From Octopus vulgaris (Eukaryota): a DNA stretch of 64,000 nucleotides. Below the pieces are notes generated by a model. It made no database searches and was not told the origin of the DNA. It was given only the letters and a program-made list of their open reading frames with translations. Every line of letters starts with the position of its first letter. Within the stretch, counting starts at the first letter, position 1. Positions 39,110 through 59,112 of the stretch are shown here, in pieces. The translations under genes were made by a program, and so were the position numbers. Location of the stretch: positions 46,128,001-46,192,000 of the forward strand of contig OX597831.1 of assembly GCA_951406725.2 (NCBI GenBank), read 5' to 3'.

Positions 39110-42040
39110 TTATGAATTTTAATGGAGTAGTGTGAAACACGGCTCCTGTGGAAATTAAACGAAAGATTCTATATATAAAGAAAATTTCTTATTGTTATAT
39201 CTGTGCTGTTCTGCAAATACTAAGGTAAGCTCTTTCGTTCCATCACTATACCAGATTAGCCTCTTCCCTGCTAATCTCTCTTCAAGTATAACCGATTGAT
39301 AACAGCTTTCGGATGGTAGGCTCCACACATAGCTTTCTAGTTTTCCTGTCAAGCTCCTGCATTTTGCTTTTTGCCCAATTCACAATCCCAGTTCCATATC
39401 TGATAACTGGCACTGGTCTTGAATGAATGGCATCAATATTTCGTGAATTCATCTAGCGAGCTTTTAATCTCTTCCACACACTCCTAGATACTTATAACTA
39501 CACTAAAATTCTAATTTTTAAAAGTATTATTTCGGTATGTGCATCTAGGGTGATGATGCATGTGTCTGATAGTTTTAGTAAATGTAGCCTTAATGCATTT
39601 GTCAAGCACAAATTTCATTTTGATATCATTACTAAATTGTTCTACTGTGTGTAAGAGTGCTTGCATTTGTTGATCGTTTTTTGAGAAGAGTTTCAAGCCA
39701 CTCATATAAAGTAGATGATTAACCGTTTTTCCACTCACGTTGTAACCATACTTTCTTTCATTCAGGAGTTTACTTAGAGGAAAATTAGTGCTAAGTAGAA
39801 TAACAAAGGAGATAAGGAGACTCCTTGAAAGATTGCACGATTAATATTGAGCCTACATTTATATTTGTTGAGACAGTGTTGAGAATTAATGTCGTTTCTA
39901 CAGAGCTCCATGGCATGAGATACAAAAACACTGATTAATGGTGAAATTTTGAATATCTCAAAGCGTCATTTTTATTTAGCTGTGAGGAAGACTATCAAAA
40001 GTCTTTTGTACTCTATCCATGCCACTGAGAGATGTCTTTTCCTGATATGATGTTTTTTCACGTGTGAAATACAAGATTTTCTGGTTACTAGTGAAATTTT
40101 GAACAACTCCAGGCATTTATTTATAAAGCTGTGAAGAGGACGATCAAAGGATGTCTTGTAGTCTATCCAGCCTACTGAGAGATGTTTTCCTGTTGTGACA
40201 ATATACAAAAATCATTCTGTGTTTTTTTTTATCATCAGGGAAGATGTTGTTAATGAGAAAATTATATGTATGTTTATTAAGAGAGATATAAGGGCATTGT
40301 ACATTGTTGTAAGTCACGTTATAGGATTGTAGTAGTTAGGTGTTTTGTTTCATTTTTCTAGAGAGAAAGAAGATCATACCATTGGCCAGCCATTGTGGTG
40401 TCGTCTGCGATTCTTTCATAATTGCGTTGTAGCAACAAATTAGTTTCTTGTGTGAATTTGTAAACATCATGAACTAATAGTTTGGGATCTTATCCATAGC
40501 AGATGGCTTTTTAAATGTGAGCCTGACAACTTGTATAGTTGTCTCTTACCATATTTACTCTTCAATAAGCTCAGTGTCTTCTTTTTGTCTATTAATCCAT
40601 AGGATGTCATAGTTGTACTACTTTTCATCTACAAAACTTTTCCTCTAGAATTCCAGTATTTCATGCTGTGAGTGGACTTCTATTTTGATGGTGCTTTTTC
40701 CAATATGCCAGTAGAACATCTTTGGATTATTAGGAAACATGCTGTTATCTTTGAAGAAACTGGACTGTTTTCGATGTGGCCTATATGCGTGGTTTCGCCT
40801 TCACTTTTTGATTTATCTTCTTCACCACTCCACCAGATTGGTGTTCTAACTTTAACTCGAACTTTTACACTATCTTTCTCTTCTTAGAAGGTTTTATATT
40901 TTGATTGTTGCTTAGGTTTTTCTGTTTCTATATTAGCTCAGAGACCATTGATTTGATTTGTGATCATTATTTTCTTGCCTGTTGGTCTTTCATAAGGTTT
41001 TGTCACTCTCTTTTTCAGTTTTGCGTCTTACATTTAGAGTACATCATTCAACGATATACGTCTTACATTTTGGTGTAGATTATAGCAGCAGTATAGTGTA
41101 CATCATTCAACGATATGCTGTTTACGTTGGATTTGAGGGCTGTTTTCACCTGGCAGATTATTTTGCATTTTCATTTTTTACTATTGTGAATCTTAGGAAT
41201 GTCACTGCGTTCCTTCATGTCTACAGTTTTGGATTTTGATCCATTCATCGATCATTTCTTCTTCGAGCTCTTTCGGGTCCCTTGCTTATATTATATACTT
41301 TCTCTAAATTATTGATAGTCTCTTTAGTATGTTCATCTGCAATGACATAATCAGAGAGAATATTAAGGTTGTATCTAGTTATATGTCGTGTCGTTTATAT
41401 CTTCCTGCGAAAATATTTCTTCTATGACTGACATAGTTTTTATCTGTTGATTTGCGAGCTGTAATCGCGGGTTCGTTCTTTAGATCTGATTTATACATTT
41501 TCTTTTATCGGTTGACGTCAGTTAACAATTTCTGTTTACAATATTTCTTCGCTTGTTGCTGTCTATGTTCCGTCTTGTGTTAAGATTCTTTTCCATTTAG
41601 ATTTTTGTTGTTCAGTGCTTGTTCAGAGTTTGAGACGTCCGTTGATTGGTACGTGACAGTGTAGAAAGCCCCAATAGCCTGTTTATCGTCTTCTCTGGAC
41701 CATTTCTCTCTTTTGATTTCATTGGTGCTTGTAGGTTTTGGGCTTGGAGGGCCTTTAGAAAGACTTGTTCTGTTGTGGGAGACCTCCAGACTCATATTGC
41801 TGGGAAGGAATCTCTTGTTCACCTGGGCGACGATTGATCCGATATAGATGGTGCCTCGTTGAGTTTTGGCCATTAAAATAACATTGGCATTAGGAGACGA
41901 GTCTGTTTGTTTCGAGTTAACTTTTGGACAGAACACCGCCTCCGAGTCCTTTGAATGGATGTGTTTCTCATATCGTAATCGCAAGAGTCTTACAGAGCGA
42001 ATTTTCGTTGACATAACTCCAGGCATGACAGATTAGTGGT
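39110..42040 (-). mobile_element. Degenerate R4/Dong-type LINE (equivalent of 12770-15690)
   Basis: Same peptides: VNHLLYMSGLKLFSKND, WIDYK, REKWSREDDK. Confidence 0.85.
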
Positions 42041-42271
42041 GATTTAAACTAAAGGATTATTTGCTTCTTATTTGTGTGTTGCTTCAATGTCGCTTTGTTT
42101 TTGTTTTGTTCTAATATGCTTGCGACACGTGATTTGTGTGTGTGTGTGTGTGTTTGCATGTGTATGTGTATGTACCCACTCGCGTGAATGCTCGTGCGCG
42201 CATGTTGTGTGTCGTGTATGGGTGTTGTGTATATATGTGTGTATGTGCGTGTGTGTGTGAGTGTGTGTGTG

Positions 42272-42307
<36 letters not shown>

Positions 42308-42455
42308 GTGCAGACATTATGTAGTTTATAAATATCAAAATGTACAAGTATGCATAAACAATTGCATCGATATGTAATTGATAAATTTACGCACCAACTG
42401 TGAATATATACATATAACGGTTTTTGCATATTTATTATTATTATGATTATTATTA

Positions 42456-44360
<1,905 letters not shown>

Positions 44361-44361
44361 T

Positions 44362-45400
44362 TCCTTTGCACAGCTTCTAACGCGGGAGATGTACTACGGT
44401 GTCAGTTGTTCACTACCTGTGAACTAAAGTAACACCTTATTTTTCGAGAAACTTTGGGAGTATTCGAGCGGTTACAATCAGTGCTGTTTTATGCAAGTTC
44501 TCCACCCTTATTGCAGACCCTATTATTCCATGTACTTCTCGAGATTTTTACTCACTGTTCTCTTGGCTCGGACAATTATTGGTACTACTACCACCTTTTT
44601 CAACGACCATAACTGCTTTACCTCCCAAGCCAACCTGTTATACCTATCGACTTTTCTTTCTTCCTTATCGCATACTTTGTTGTAAGCTGGGCATGCTATA
44701 TCTATGATCCAGCATAGTTTACTTTCATTCTCAATTAAAACTATGTCTGGCTTCCTATTTTCTATCTCATGGTCGCACTAAATCAGAAAATCACATAGGA
44801 TCTCTGCATTATCATTTTCGATGAAGTCTTTGTGTTTGTGGTCGTACCATTTTTTTCCTCTGTCAAGACCATACTTGTTGAAAAGCGTCCAATGGACAAT
44901 CCTTGCTATATTGTCGAGGCGTCTCTTATATTCCTTTTGTGCTAGTGGCGTACATTGGCTGGTAGACAACACTTTCCTATGTGTTGTCTACTCTGTATTT
45001 TATGTAGTTTGTTCTTAGTGCTTGCTCTTGTGCATCACAGATTAGAGCCTCCGTTTTCGGTTTCAAATCACTTTTAGTCATCCACAGCCATCTTTTTTCT
45101 CTGTCTGTCTTAGCTTCAGCGTCCCTATGCAATTGTCCATATACGGCCAAAGAATGAAGGGTTACCACCAGAATAGGTTATTCATAATACATCAGAGGAG
45201 GTTCTATAAAGAAATAAATGGAGAGTGTATAGATGAAAAGTTGATACTAGATAACGATGAAAATCAAAGGTTTTGGAGTGACATCTGGGGAAAAGACAAG
45301 GAGCACAAAAGGGATGCTGAATGGTTGCAAGAACTTAAACGAACAGGCTGAACTAGTCATTTCAGTTAGGGAAGTGAAGGAAATCAGTAAAAAAAAAATC
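44362..45400 (-). mobile_element. R4/Dong fragment with an inverted 5' segment (equivalent of 16095-17070)
   Basis: Same two opposing segments and the same junction (~45140). Confidence 0.8.
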
Positions 45401-45401
45401 G

Positions 45402-45481
<80 letters not shown>

Positions 45482-45499
45482 GTTATATAATAATTATTA

Positions 45500-45955
45500 T
45501 TGAGTGAGAGAGCAGCGCATGCAATGATAATGACAGTGGGGTACAAATATACAAAGCCATATATACTTATCATGACTACCTATCTGATAAGGGTACACGA
45601 GGCACACGTTCGCATATATGCATTACATGGTGATCTCAAGATGAACAGCGGATGATCTTGCAGGTGGGGGTTCAGTTAGAATTTTGTTCAGGTCGAGTAG
45701 CCAATCCCGCTCAAAATGTCCCTGAATTAGGTTTATTTAAGGCTGACGAATGAAAAACCCATGCTTTCAGAGGTGAATTATTGAAACTCCAGAGAATTCT
45801 TCTCAACACATGATTATGATGCTCCACCATTACTTCTGCTCGTGATCAGAGATGTACATTGCGTCAGCCACTAAATGACATGCTCAACTGGTTAAGGTCA
45901 AGCAACTGAAAAGCTAATCTGTGGTATTGACCAGAATATATGCTGTCGTTCATGT
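45500..45955. mobile_element. Interspersed repeat, probably a LINE 3' end with TAA tail; partial in unit A at 23040-23325
   Basis: Begins next to TAA/TTA repeats; unit A lacks its first ~170 bp. The family assignment is from recall only. Confidence 0.4.
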
Positions 45956-46099
45956 GTTTAAAGAAAATATGGGAAGACATAATTTTTGTGGGCATGTCCA
46001 TAGATTCGGGTATATCCGAGGTACTTTCCATTTTCAAACTCTAACCCAGAGGCTCTCTACAATCCACAAAGAAAGAATCTCCATAGGACAGAGAGTGAC

Positions 46100-47790
46100 C
46101 TGAATAAAAATCTCAGACATACCACCAGAACTAGATTTTGGTGTGAGATGAAATGTGTGGTTTTAGAGCCTAGCACACGCCTAGAAGATATTATTTACTA
46201 CACGGCTATAAACACAAGCAATAAAGAAATAATGGACGACGTATACCAGCCTACAAATATTATTCAAGATAACTACATCACATCAACTAATAGCATTCCT
46301 TGGCACATAAAATTCAACCAGATATTCGAACATACATATAATATACTAAAACGTAAATATCGAAAATGTGTAGGAAATATCGAAATGAATATCAATGAAA
46401 CTGGTAATGGAAACGCAACCTGTAGCATTTCGCCCGGGACAAAAGGCACACAGAAGAACAACATATTTTCAGTGCTTTCCTCGATGGTCTGCCTCGACAC
46501 TCGTCAAGAGAGGCGGTGTGTTACGAAAAGCCAATAAAAATCACAGAAATATGAGAAGTGATGGCTAGTTGCTCGACTGGCAAAGCACTTGGTTTGGTTG
46601 GTCTGCCTAGGACTTTCAGGAAATACAAGACGGTGACAGGAGCAGAAATCACGCAGTAAATGTCAGCGGATCTGCAATTCGCACCTGAAGAGGCAGTTCC
46701 ATACCATCCAATAGCGTCGTTGACTTGTGGACAAACGTACCGGTTAAATTGCTCGGGGTGATAAAAAGAAGAGACACTCTCATCCATGAACGGATCGAAA
46801 GAGATTTATCCATGAAAAGACGAGCATAGGTGGCGGACGCATACATCAACTGCATCCTGCATTATCACTTGATCTTCATACCTTGCTCCAGTTCTCGTCT
46901 GACCAGAGTAGAGCGCTAACTCCTTCGCTTTCTGTAGAAGGGACATGTTGCACATGCAGGTACTCTATTTTTGTCAATACCCACTGAGCGCAGAACTGTG
47001 CATGATGTGGCTGATGATGAACAGGCGTGCGTAATGGCTGCGACATCTCCAGGGTTTCCTTCATTGTGAGAAGATGAAGTAGTTGTTTGTCAGACTCATT
47101 TTTTTTTGCAGCTCGTCTCTGACTCTGCTACAGTCCTGGTTCAAGCGTAGACCGAGACTGAGCGCCTGGTACCCAGAGAGCCGTCAGGCGCTCACAGCTC
47201 TCTGTCAGTCGGACAGTGTGGTTGGTGGAAGTTCCGCTTTGGCGTTTTATAAAGGCGAACAAGAGCAACGACATTCTGGGCGAGACTCTGGGCTCCAATG
47301 TGGATCACTGGCTTTTTCGTTCCAGAGGACTTTCTAATGGGGGACCCATGGATAATTTCCATAAATCTTTTACCTTGCAATGTTACTGGATGAAGGGCAT
47401 TACCATTCCGAGATAAACTCTACAAGCATGGAAGTGCCACGTAACCGGGCCTGGCCAAGATGCACGTCGAGAGGCGAAACTATTCTGTATGCATTTGTCC
47501 AGTGCCTGAGCATTGCTGACTCTTGGGTTTAAGTAGAACACTTGTTTCATGTAGGACGAATCCAGCTATCAACCAAGTCAATAGTGGGAATCGACGCACT
47601 ACCTTTCTTTGACAAAGAAGGTCAGTTAATTTTTCTCTTGCCGGTCTATATGGCAAAAGAAGTGGTGTGGCTGGCTCCTGTGGACGGGTATTTTCCTCTC
47701 AAGCCCAGATAGAATCTTTACTTCAAAGTCTGTGGTCCTCGACGGGAAAGCTTGCGATGTTTGAAAAGTAGGTATATAAACTGCATTTAA
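46100..47790 (+). mobile_element. Internally deleted Tx1-clade relic (equivalent of 23480-25090)
   Basis: Near-identical to the unit A copy. Confidence 0.75.
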
Positions 47791-47850
47791 TAAAATAAAA
47801 GTGGTCTCGAGCCTTTTAAACTTGCCAGAAGAAAGAATAATTTATATACA

Positions 47851-48139
47851 TGTTTGTTCCTTCTCGTGCCATGCCGGGCTCATAGGGATCGGTTTTCCGA
47901 TTTCCTTGGCGTATAGGTTCCCCACCTGGATGGGACGCCGTTCCGTCGCAGGTGAGCTGCAAGAGTGAGAGAAAGTTGTGGCGAAAGAGTCAGCAGAAGT
48001 TCTCCATTACCTTCTGCTTGAACCTCTTGGAGCTTAGGTGTTTCGCTCATAAACATACACATCGCCCGGTCTGAGATTCGAACCGGCGATCCCTCGACCG
48101 CGAGTCCTCTGCTCTAACCACTGAGCCATGTGCCCCCAC
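47851..48139 (-). mobile_element. tRNA-derived SINE
   Basis: Minus head gtgggggcacatggctcagtggttagagcagagg...ggttcgaatctc (B box); body related to 2077-2381. Confidence 0.85.
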
Positions 48140-48684
48140 AATTTATATACATGCATACTATAATTTGTCTTGTCATTAAAAAAATGAGGCAGCGGCAAAG
48201 AATCTTTACTAATAATATTTTAGTGGAGAACCACTGATCGAGATAATTGCCTTTGTTCAGCGTCGGAGAGGCAGGAAAGAGCAGTTCTTGAATAAATTCC
48301 ACCTTTCTCTCCATTTCTCAGAGACGACATTCCGAGAGTCATTCAACCATTTAATATTGTTGTCTTCACTTGTGATACTCCCTCATTCGTTCGTTCGTTC
48401 GTTCGTTCGTTCGTTCCTTATTTCCTTCCTTCCAACACCTCTTTCCACATTTCTTCTTGTATCTCACTTTGTATTCTTACTCTTCTAACAATAATTTTCT
48501 GTCTTCCAACTGGATAACCAAACTCATGTAAGGGAAATAACTCTTCGTACCCGAATTATGAGTTACAAATCCTGCATAAGTTATCTTCCTTATACGTAAG
48601 ATTTTCCTTTTGCTTCTAATTACTTTCTCGAGATACTCTACGTGCAACTCTTCCACAGCTGTAATATTTGATTCTTTTGAGTCT

Positions 48685-50047
<1,363 letters not shown>

Positions 50048-50955
50048 AAAAAAAAAAAATATATATATATAACCTTAGAAAATACACAAACACGGACATG
50101 CATATACAGGATACATACATACAGATGCACACACACACATATATACATAAAACACATGCATACATACATATATACATACATACATACATACATACATACA
50201 TACATACATACATACATACATACATACATACGCACTTACATACGTACTTCATGCATGCATAGGCACACACACTGACCCACACACATGCGCACAAACAAAC
50301 AAAAAGTAACGCAGTGTAAATAACGGACAGAGCCAAGACTATTGAAAAGGTTGCACGAAGCAACGAAGATTTTAGGAAAATAAAATTAAGAAATAATTGG
50401 AAATTTTACCGGTGAGTGTGTTACATTATAAGGCACAGAAAGAAAATGACTCTCCCCAGACACAACAGAATATGCTTCAACACACGAACTCATATAAAGA
50501 ATCTTGCAAACCAAGTCCAAAAACGAAACATATATACATATATAACTTACTTGGAAATGGATGGGCGGCCCTGCTTTTGTTACCACTTTAACCCTCCGCA
50601 AATCCCAAATTTTATTTAATTTGCTTTGCAGGAACGACTGTTTTAACGAAGTAGAGGAGTAGATAAAACAGGGGACAACTGATGAAGGGGTTGTTCTTTA
50701 TGTTGCCTGCCTCGTTTCTCTATTTCTTTCTTTCGTTATTCCAAAAAAGTTCGTTTTCCATGTTTTTTTTTTTATGTTCTCGTTTTCCCATTTTGTTCAC
50801 GTTTTTTTAACGTTCTGTATTTTAACACATATATGCATGTACATATACATATATGTAGGTATGTACATATATATATATATATTATTTATATTATATATAT
50901 GTATATATGTATGTGTGTATATATATGTTTCTCCCTCTCTCTCTATCTATCTATC

Positions 50956-51039
<84 letters not shown>

Positions 51040-51319
51040 ACGTCAAGAGTAACTATTGTTTCTTTCAAAAGAGACAAAGAGTTAATAGGACTGCAAAAAA
51101 GAAGTGCTCAAATAAATGAGGCAATGAGAATTGAACATTGGCCATGGAAGAAACATTAAAATGAGTTAACGACTTTATATACGGTATCAAACCGCCAACG
51201 GACATCATATATAGATAATTATTACCATGGCTTTCATAATATATAAATAAAAATATAAAATATATAAGACATACAGATACAGAAATCCACCAAGGTATAT
51301 ATATATATATATATATATA

Positions 51320-54300
51320 ACTGCCCACAGTTCACAAGACCGCCACAGCAGATGGACCCAGGGTGGACACCGCCGGTAACAGCATACACCTCACCTCGAT
51401 GCTCCTACTGAACATCAGAGGACTACTAACACACAGTAACAGGACAAAAGTCCCATTCCTGAGAGACTTTGTCGCATGCAATCAAGCCTTATGCATAGCA
51501 CTCACAGAAACGCATCTGAAACCGGACGTAGCAGATGCGGAATTACACATACCACAGTATGTTGTACTACGGACCGACAGGAAAGAAAGGAGTCATGGAG
51601 GAGTTGCTATGTACATCCGTGGGGACCTCACACCCCAGGTCCTTTTGTCATACTCAAACTCGGTGTGTGACACACTAATTGTACACATAAGGCAACTTGA
51701 TGTAGTTGTGTGTGCTACATATCGCCCTCCAGATGCCCCAAGTCATATGGGCAAGTTTGAGGACTGCCTTTTAAAAATAGAAGAAGTTCTAATCACATTA
51801 GAACAACACATAAGTGTACTTCTCATGGGAGACTTCAATCTACCCAATGTCAGATGGCCCGAGGGCCTTTCTCTCCCAGGAATGACAAGATGTGAACGAG
51901 GACAGGCGAGATCCCTCCTGAACCTCATCAACACCCTGTACATGGAGCAAGTAATACTCCAACCAACCAGAGCAGGTAACACACTGGATCTCTGCTTCAC
52001 AAATAATATGGATCTCATCCATAATGTGAAAGTGACACCGACACTACTCTCGGATCACAACATGATAGAGCTGACCATGTACGGGCCAAAAGAGAGCACG
52101 GACATGCAGCCTACAAGAAACCCTCAGAATCTTTCCAGCTTGAACTTCAATAAGGCAAACTGGAAACAAATTGAGAAAGAGATCCTCAAACAAAACTGGC
52201 CGGACATCGACATGATACTTCAACAATTCATGTCTGTAATGCAAGCCATATGCTACAAATGTGTCCCAGAGAGAAAGGCCACTGTACACAAGAACAAAAT
52301 CCCCAGAGAGAGGAAAATTTTAATGAGACGGCGTACAAAAATTTCAAATCGCCTAAACAAACAAATTGAAAGCAGTGAAAAGTCCCGCCTGAAAATAAAA
52401 CTGTTGGAAATTGAAAATTGTCTGCAACTCTCCCATGAGAAGGAAAGAGCAGACAAAGAAGCCTGGGCTATAGACAACATAAAACTAACCCCAGAGCTTT
52501 CTACAGGTATGCCAAAGAAACAGCTACGGTACACTGTAGGATAGGGCTACTCCTTGAAAAGGATGGCACACTCACAGGAAAACCAATGAGGGTAAGTGAA
52601 ATACTGAATGAACAATTCAAGAGTGTTTTCACTCCACCCCTTGGGCATTTCCAAATCAGCAATCCAACTGACTTCTTTACCACTGCAGATATAGAATCAG
52701 AGGCGGCGACGATAAATTACATCGATATAAAGGAAGACGATGTAATAAAGGCTATAGATGAAATGAAAACAGACTCAGCTATTGGCCCCGATGGATTCCC
52801 GGCAATCCTCCTAAAAGTATGTAAGAGAGTCCTAGCAAGACCACTGCAGTTCCTCTTTCAGAGCTTCCTTGCAGCTGGCAAACTTCCAAGAAAACTGAAG
52901 GAAGGTAAAATATGCCCTATTCATAAAGGAGGTAGCAGAGCGGAGGCCAAGAACTACAGACCTATCTCTCTGATCTCACACATCAGCAAGGTCATGGAAC
53001 GAATAGTCAGAAGGAAACTAATCACCTTCCTTGAAGAAAATGACTTGCTGCCTGACACCCAACATGGTTTCCGACCAGGAAGAAGCTGCTTAACTCAGCT
53101 CCTGCAGCACTATGACTGGGTGCTGAAACAACTGCTCAACCACTCAAATGTGGAAGTCATATATCTCGACTTCGCAAAGGCCTTCGATAAAGTCGATCAT
53201 GGAATGATATGTCACAAACTGCGTGATCTTGGCATAGTTGGAAAACTAGGAGAATGGCTTCATGACTTTCTGAAGAATAGAAGTCAGGTGGTAGCAGCCA
53301 ATGGGGCCACTTCCATTAGCACGCAAATAGTGAGCGGTGTTCCACAGGGCACTGTTTTGGGACCACTACTGTTCATAATGGCCCTCTCAGACATGCCCTC
53401 AGCCACGCGGAGAGCCACGATCACAAGTTATGCAGATGATACAAAAGTTTCACAGGCAATACAGAACCCTGAAGACACTAAGCACCTGCAATGTGAGCTG
53501 GACGAAATATACAAGTGGGCTGAAAAGAATAGCATGCAGTTCAATGCTGAAAAGTTTCAAGCTTTATACTATCAGCATGCAAAACTGAATGCAATACCCA
53601 ATGAATACACTGGACCCGGAGGGATTGCAATCCCAGAGGCACAATCAGTGCGTGACCTGGGTATTCACATGAGTGATGACGCGACCTTTCATGTACATGT
53701 TGCTAAACTGACAATGAAATGCAGACGGCTGGCTGGCTGGATTCTTAGAACCTTTAGAACAAGAGAACAAGAAACCATGATGGTCCTCTGGAAGACACTT
53801 GTCCTAAGCCACTTTGACTATTGCTCTCAGCTATGGTCACCATCCAGTGTCAAGTTGATCACAGAACTTGAGGCGATCCAACGAAGCTACACGAAGAAGA
53901 TAGGTTCTGTGCAGCATATGAGCTACTGGGAAAGACTCAGAGATTAAAGATTCCCTGGAGCGTAGGCGAGAAAGATATGCCATAATATATATCTGGAAGA
54001 TCCTGGAAGGTCTTGTCCCAGACTTTGGCATCGAGAGTCACACAAATGCCAGAACCGGACGCCACTGCGTAGTACCAAGGACTCCAAATTTGCCATCAAG
54101 ATGTAGGACAAGATATTGTGACAGCCTGGGCTTCAGAGGCCCACGGCTCTTCAATATCCTCCCGAAGAACCTGAGGGACCTGCATGGTGTAGATGCGGAT
54201 GTCTTTAAAGTAGGACTGGACCTCTTCCTGTCAGGTGTCCCGGATGAACCAACTTCACGGCAGGAGGTGCAGATGAGGGCAGCTGCATCGAACTCTCTCA

Positions 54301-54427
54301 TGCATCAGATGGCGTTTGCTAAAAAGCATCCGTGAGGTAAACCCGTGTAGCAAACCAAATGGCGGTGCCCCAGCATGGCCACAGCTCATTAGCTGAAACT
54401 GGAAAAATCAAAATCAAAATCAAAATC
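51320..54427 (+). mobile_element. CR1-group LINE (nearly full ORF2, APE + RT, frameshifted) inserted in (TA)n; unit B only
   Basis: APE motifs LLNIRGL, LTETHL, GGVA, YRPP, GDFN, LDL, SDH (51363-52544). RT motifs NYRPISL, QHGFR, YLDFAKAFDKVDH, GVPQGTVLGP, YADD (52586-53947). (AAAATC)n tail. Empty site at ~27330-27375. Confidence 0.92.
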
Positions 54428-54837
54428 ATATATGCGAAAAAATAAATAAATAAAAACGCATATAGGAATGTCCCATCAGAAGATGACTAACAATTTATTA
54501 AATACTCTAAAATACTAAGAAAGGTGGGTAAACAAATAAAGAATAAATCGATTAAAAAGTTATATTTACTTCACCCACACCATGAGTAAAACATCTTTTT
54601 TCAAATAAAAATATACGTCCACACAAAATATATTACTTCAGGAGTAAGGATTCACCAATTGAATTAAACGTGATGTTCGAAAATATAAGAACACAGATAC
54701 TGTGGCTTATAGCCAGCTGGAAACGAGGTTTCCTGAGGCTAAACAATAGTAACAGTCGTCCCTTCCAGGACAGCCACATTATGTTGGCAAATAGCTTTTA
54801 CTTTGAAGAACTTTTACTGAACATCTCTCTTTTATGC

Positions 54838-55456
<619 letters not shown>

Positions 55457-55496
55457 AATAAAGAAGTTTGAAAACGCCACTATATTAGATAAATTT

Positions 55497-55547
55497 TAAT
55501 TTTACATGTTTCGGTTCTTGAAATAACGAACCTTATCAAAAAAATTT
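55497..55547 (-). ncRNA. Minimal type I hammerhead-like motif with U3-A8 core variant
   Basis: Minus strand AAAUUUUU-UUGAUAA-GGUUC-guuauuucaa-GAACC-GAAA-CAUG-UA-AAAUU. Palindromic minimal stem III (ACAUGU) and GUA triplet; stem I is weak and A/U only. Confidence 0.55.
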
Positions 55548-55842
55548 ATAATAAACAGTACAATGGAACAGTTCATAATTGTTACATACATTCAGTGGAA
55601 TCCATGCTATATACATTCAATAGAATCTCATGTTCTTAAAAAGGCGAACCTTATCAAATATATTATAAAGAGTATAATAGAAAAAATCCATAGTCGTCCC
55701 TTACAGTTTTGTCGAGTGTAGTGGAGAAGTTCATTATAGATTTTACCTTGTGTTCCAATGGAAGCAACAGTACTGATTCTTGGTCGTCGTCTGCTGGTCG
55801 TAATTTTGGTGTATATATATATACATATATATATATACACAT

Positions 55843-55904
<62 letters not shown>

Positions 55905-56006
55905 ATATATTTCAACAATTGAGGGTAAAATTAATTAATTATTAATCAATTTCACCAAGTGTTCAGTATGCAAAGGGACCATTCAAGGCGAATTCAAATT
56001 ATTACA

Positions 56007-56506
<500 letters not shown>

Positions 56507-56541
56507 TATATACATATACATATACATACATATATGTATAT

Positions 56542-56611
<70 letters not shown>

Positions 56612-58178
56612 GCATCTCCCCTTGCTAATCTGTGGAGAAACTCACTGGATGCTGGCTATATTCCAAAAACCTTCTGTCCCAGTCTGTTGTCCCAGTTTTC
56701 AAAAAGGGAAACAAGTCCCTTGCAGTGAATTACCGTCCGATCTCACTCACCTCTCATATCATCAAGGTATTTGAGAGGGTGGTGAGATCTCAAATAACCC
56801 AATTTCTGGAAAGCAACAGACGGCTGATCTCCAACCAACATGGGTTCCGTAATGGAAGGGACTGCCTAACGCAGCTCCTGCATCACTTTGAGGACATTTT
56901 GAGAGCTTTGGGAGAGGGCTCCAACACCGATGTCATCTACCTTGATTTCAGTAAGGCCTTCGACAGGGTCGATCACAAGATCCTATTGAAAAAACTATCC
57001 AACATTGGTGTCTCTGGAAAGTTACTGAAATGGATTAAGTGTTTCCTGACAGACAGATCTCAACATGTTGTAGTTGAAGGGGTAAAATCAAGCCCAGCCA
57101 AAGTCAGTAGTGGCGTTCCGCAAGGCACTGTGCTGGGCCCACTTCTTTTCATCATTTACATTAATGACATTAATGACATCATCAAGCACAGCAACATAAA
57201 AATCTTTGCAGATGACTCCAAGCTACAGAAGGTCATAAATGAGGCGAGTGACCGGACATGCCTTCAGTCAGATCTACTGGCTGTTATCCAATGGGCAGAA
57301 AAAAACAATATGCTGCTGAACGAGGATAAATTTGAGCTAATCCACTTTGGAAAAGAGGATGCCCTGAAACTCCCATACTCCCTTCCTTCAGGTGAAACTC
57401 TCGCGGCGTCCAACAACATCAGAGACTTGGGAGTAATTGTGGACAACAACGTAAGCTGGGCCACTCATATAAACACCAAAGTTGACATGGCCCGCAGAAT
57501 GTGTTCCTGGATTCTCAGAACTTTCCAGTCGAGAGATATCCACACCATTATCCTTCTCTTCTCCACTTTTGCCCGACCCCACCTTGAATACTGTTGTCCA
57601 CTGTGGTCTCCCCACACAATACAAGGTATCAAAAAGTCGAAGCACCTCAAAGGGCAATCACAAAAAAGATAGATGGCATGACAGGCCTCGACTATTGGGG
57701 TCGACTAGAAAAGCTAAAACTCTATTCTCTCCAACGTCGTCGTGAGCGCTACATCATCTGCATGATGTGGAAAATATTCCATCAGCATTGCCCAAATGAT
57801 GTTGGCATCACCTTTAAGGTACATCCAAGGCTTGGGCCCCGTGCCATCCGCCCAAAACAAAAATCGCACTCTCATCTCATAACAACAATACGGCACAATT
57901 ATTTCACCTCAATTGGCCCCGCTCTCTTTAACATTACACCAAAACACATTAAAACAGAAACTGACCCTATAGGGTTCAAGAAGTCTTTGGACAGATTCCT
58001 TCAAGAAATCCCGGATAAACCCCCTACACCCGGATATGTCTCTGTAAACAATAACTCCCTACTTGAGTGGGCCATAGTGCCCAAATTCTGACTTGAAAGA
58101 CTTCACCAGGTGGTGCTATTAAGCTAGACATGGCCTGGGCCAATAATGGCCGAAACCTATCAAAGTATCAAAGTAAGT
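56612..58178 (+). mobile_element. 5'-truncated CR1-group LINE (second family) inserted in (TA)n; unit B only
   Basis: RT motifs [49 protein letters not shown] frameshift near 57630 continues to LKLYSLQRRRER...FKKSLD. (TATCAAAG)n tail. Confidence 0.92.
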
Positions 58179-59029
<851 letters not shown>

Positions 59030-59112
59030 CTAGCAAACGCACCCGTCCTTTGGACGGTTTAAGTTGCTTTCGTGGTATTTTTTCACCAAATAATTGAACT
59101 ACCGAGAAGGTT
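59030..59112 (-). mobile_element. Helitron 3'-end fragment
   Basis: Minus strand hairpin CCGTCC-AAA-GGACGG, 9 nt, then CTAG|T. Absent at the equivalent unit A position (~29700). Confidence 0.6.
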
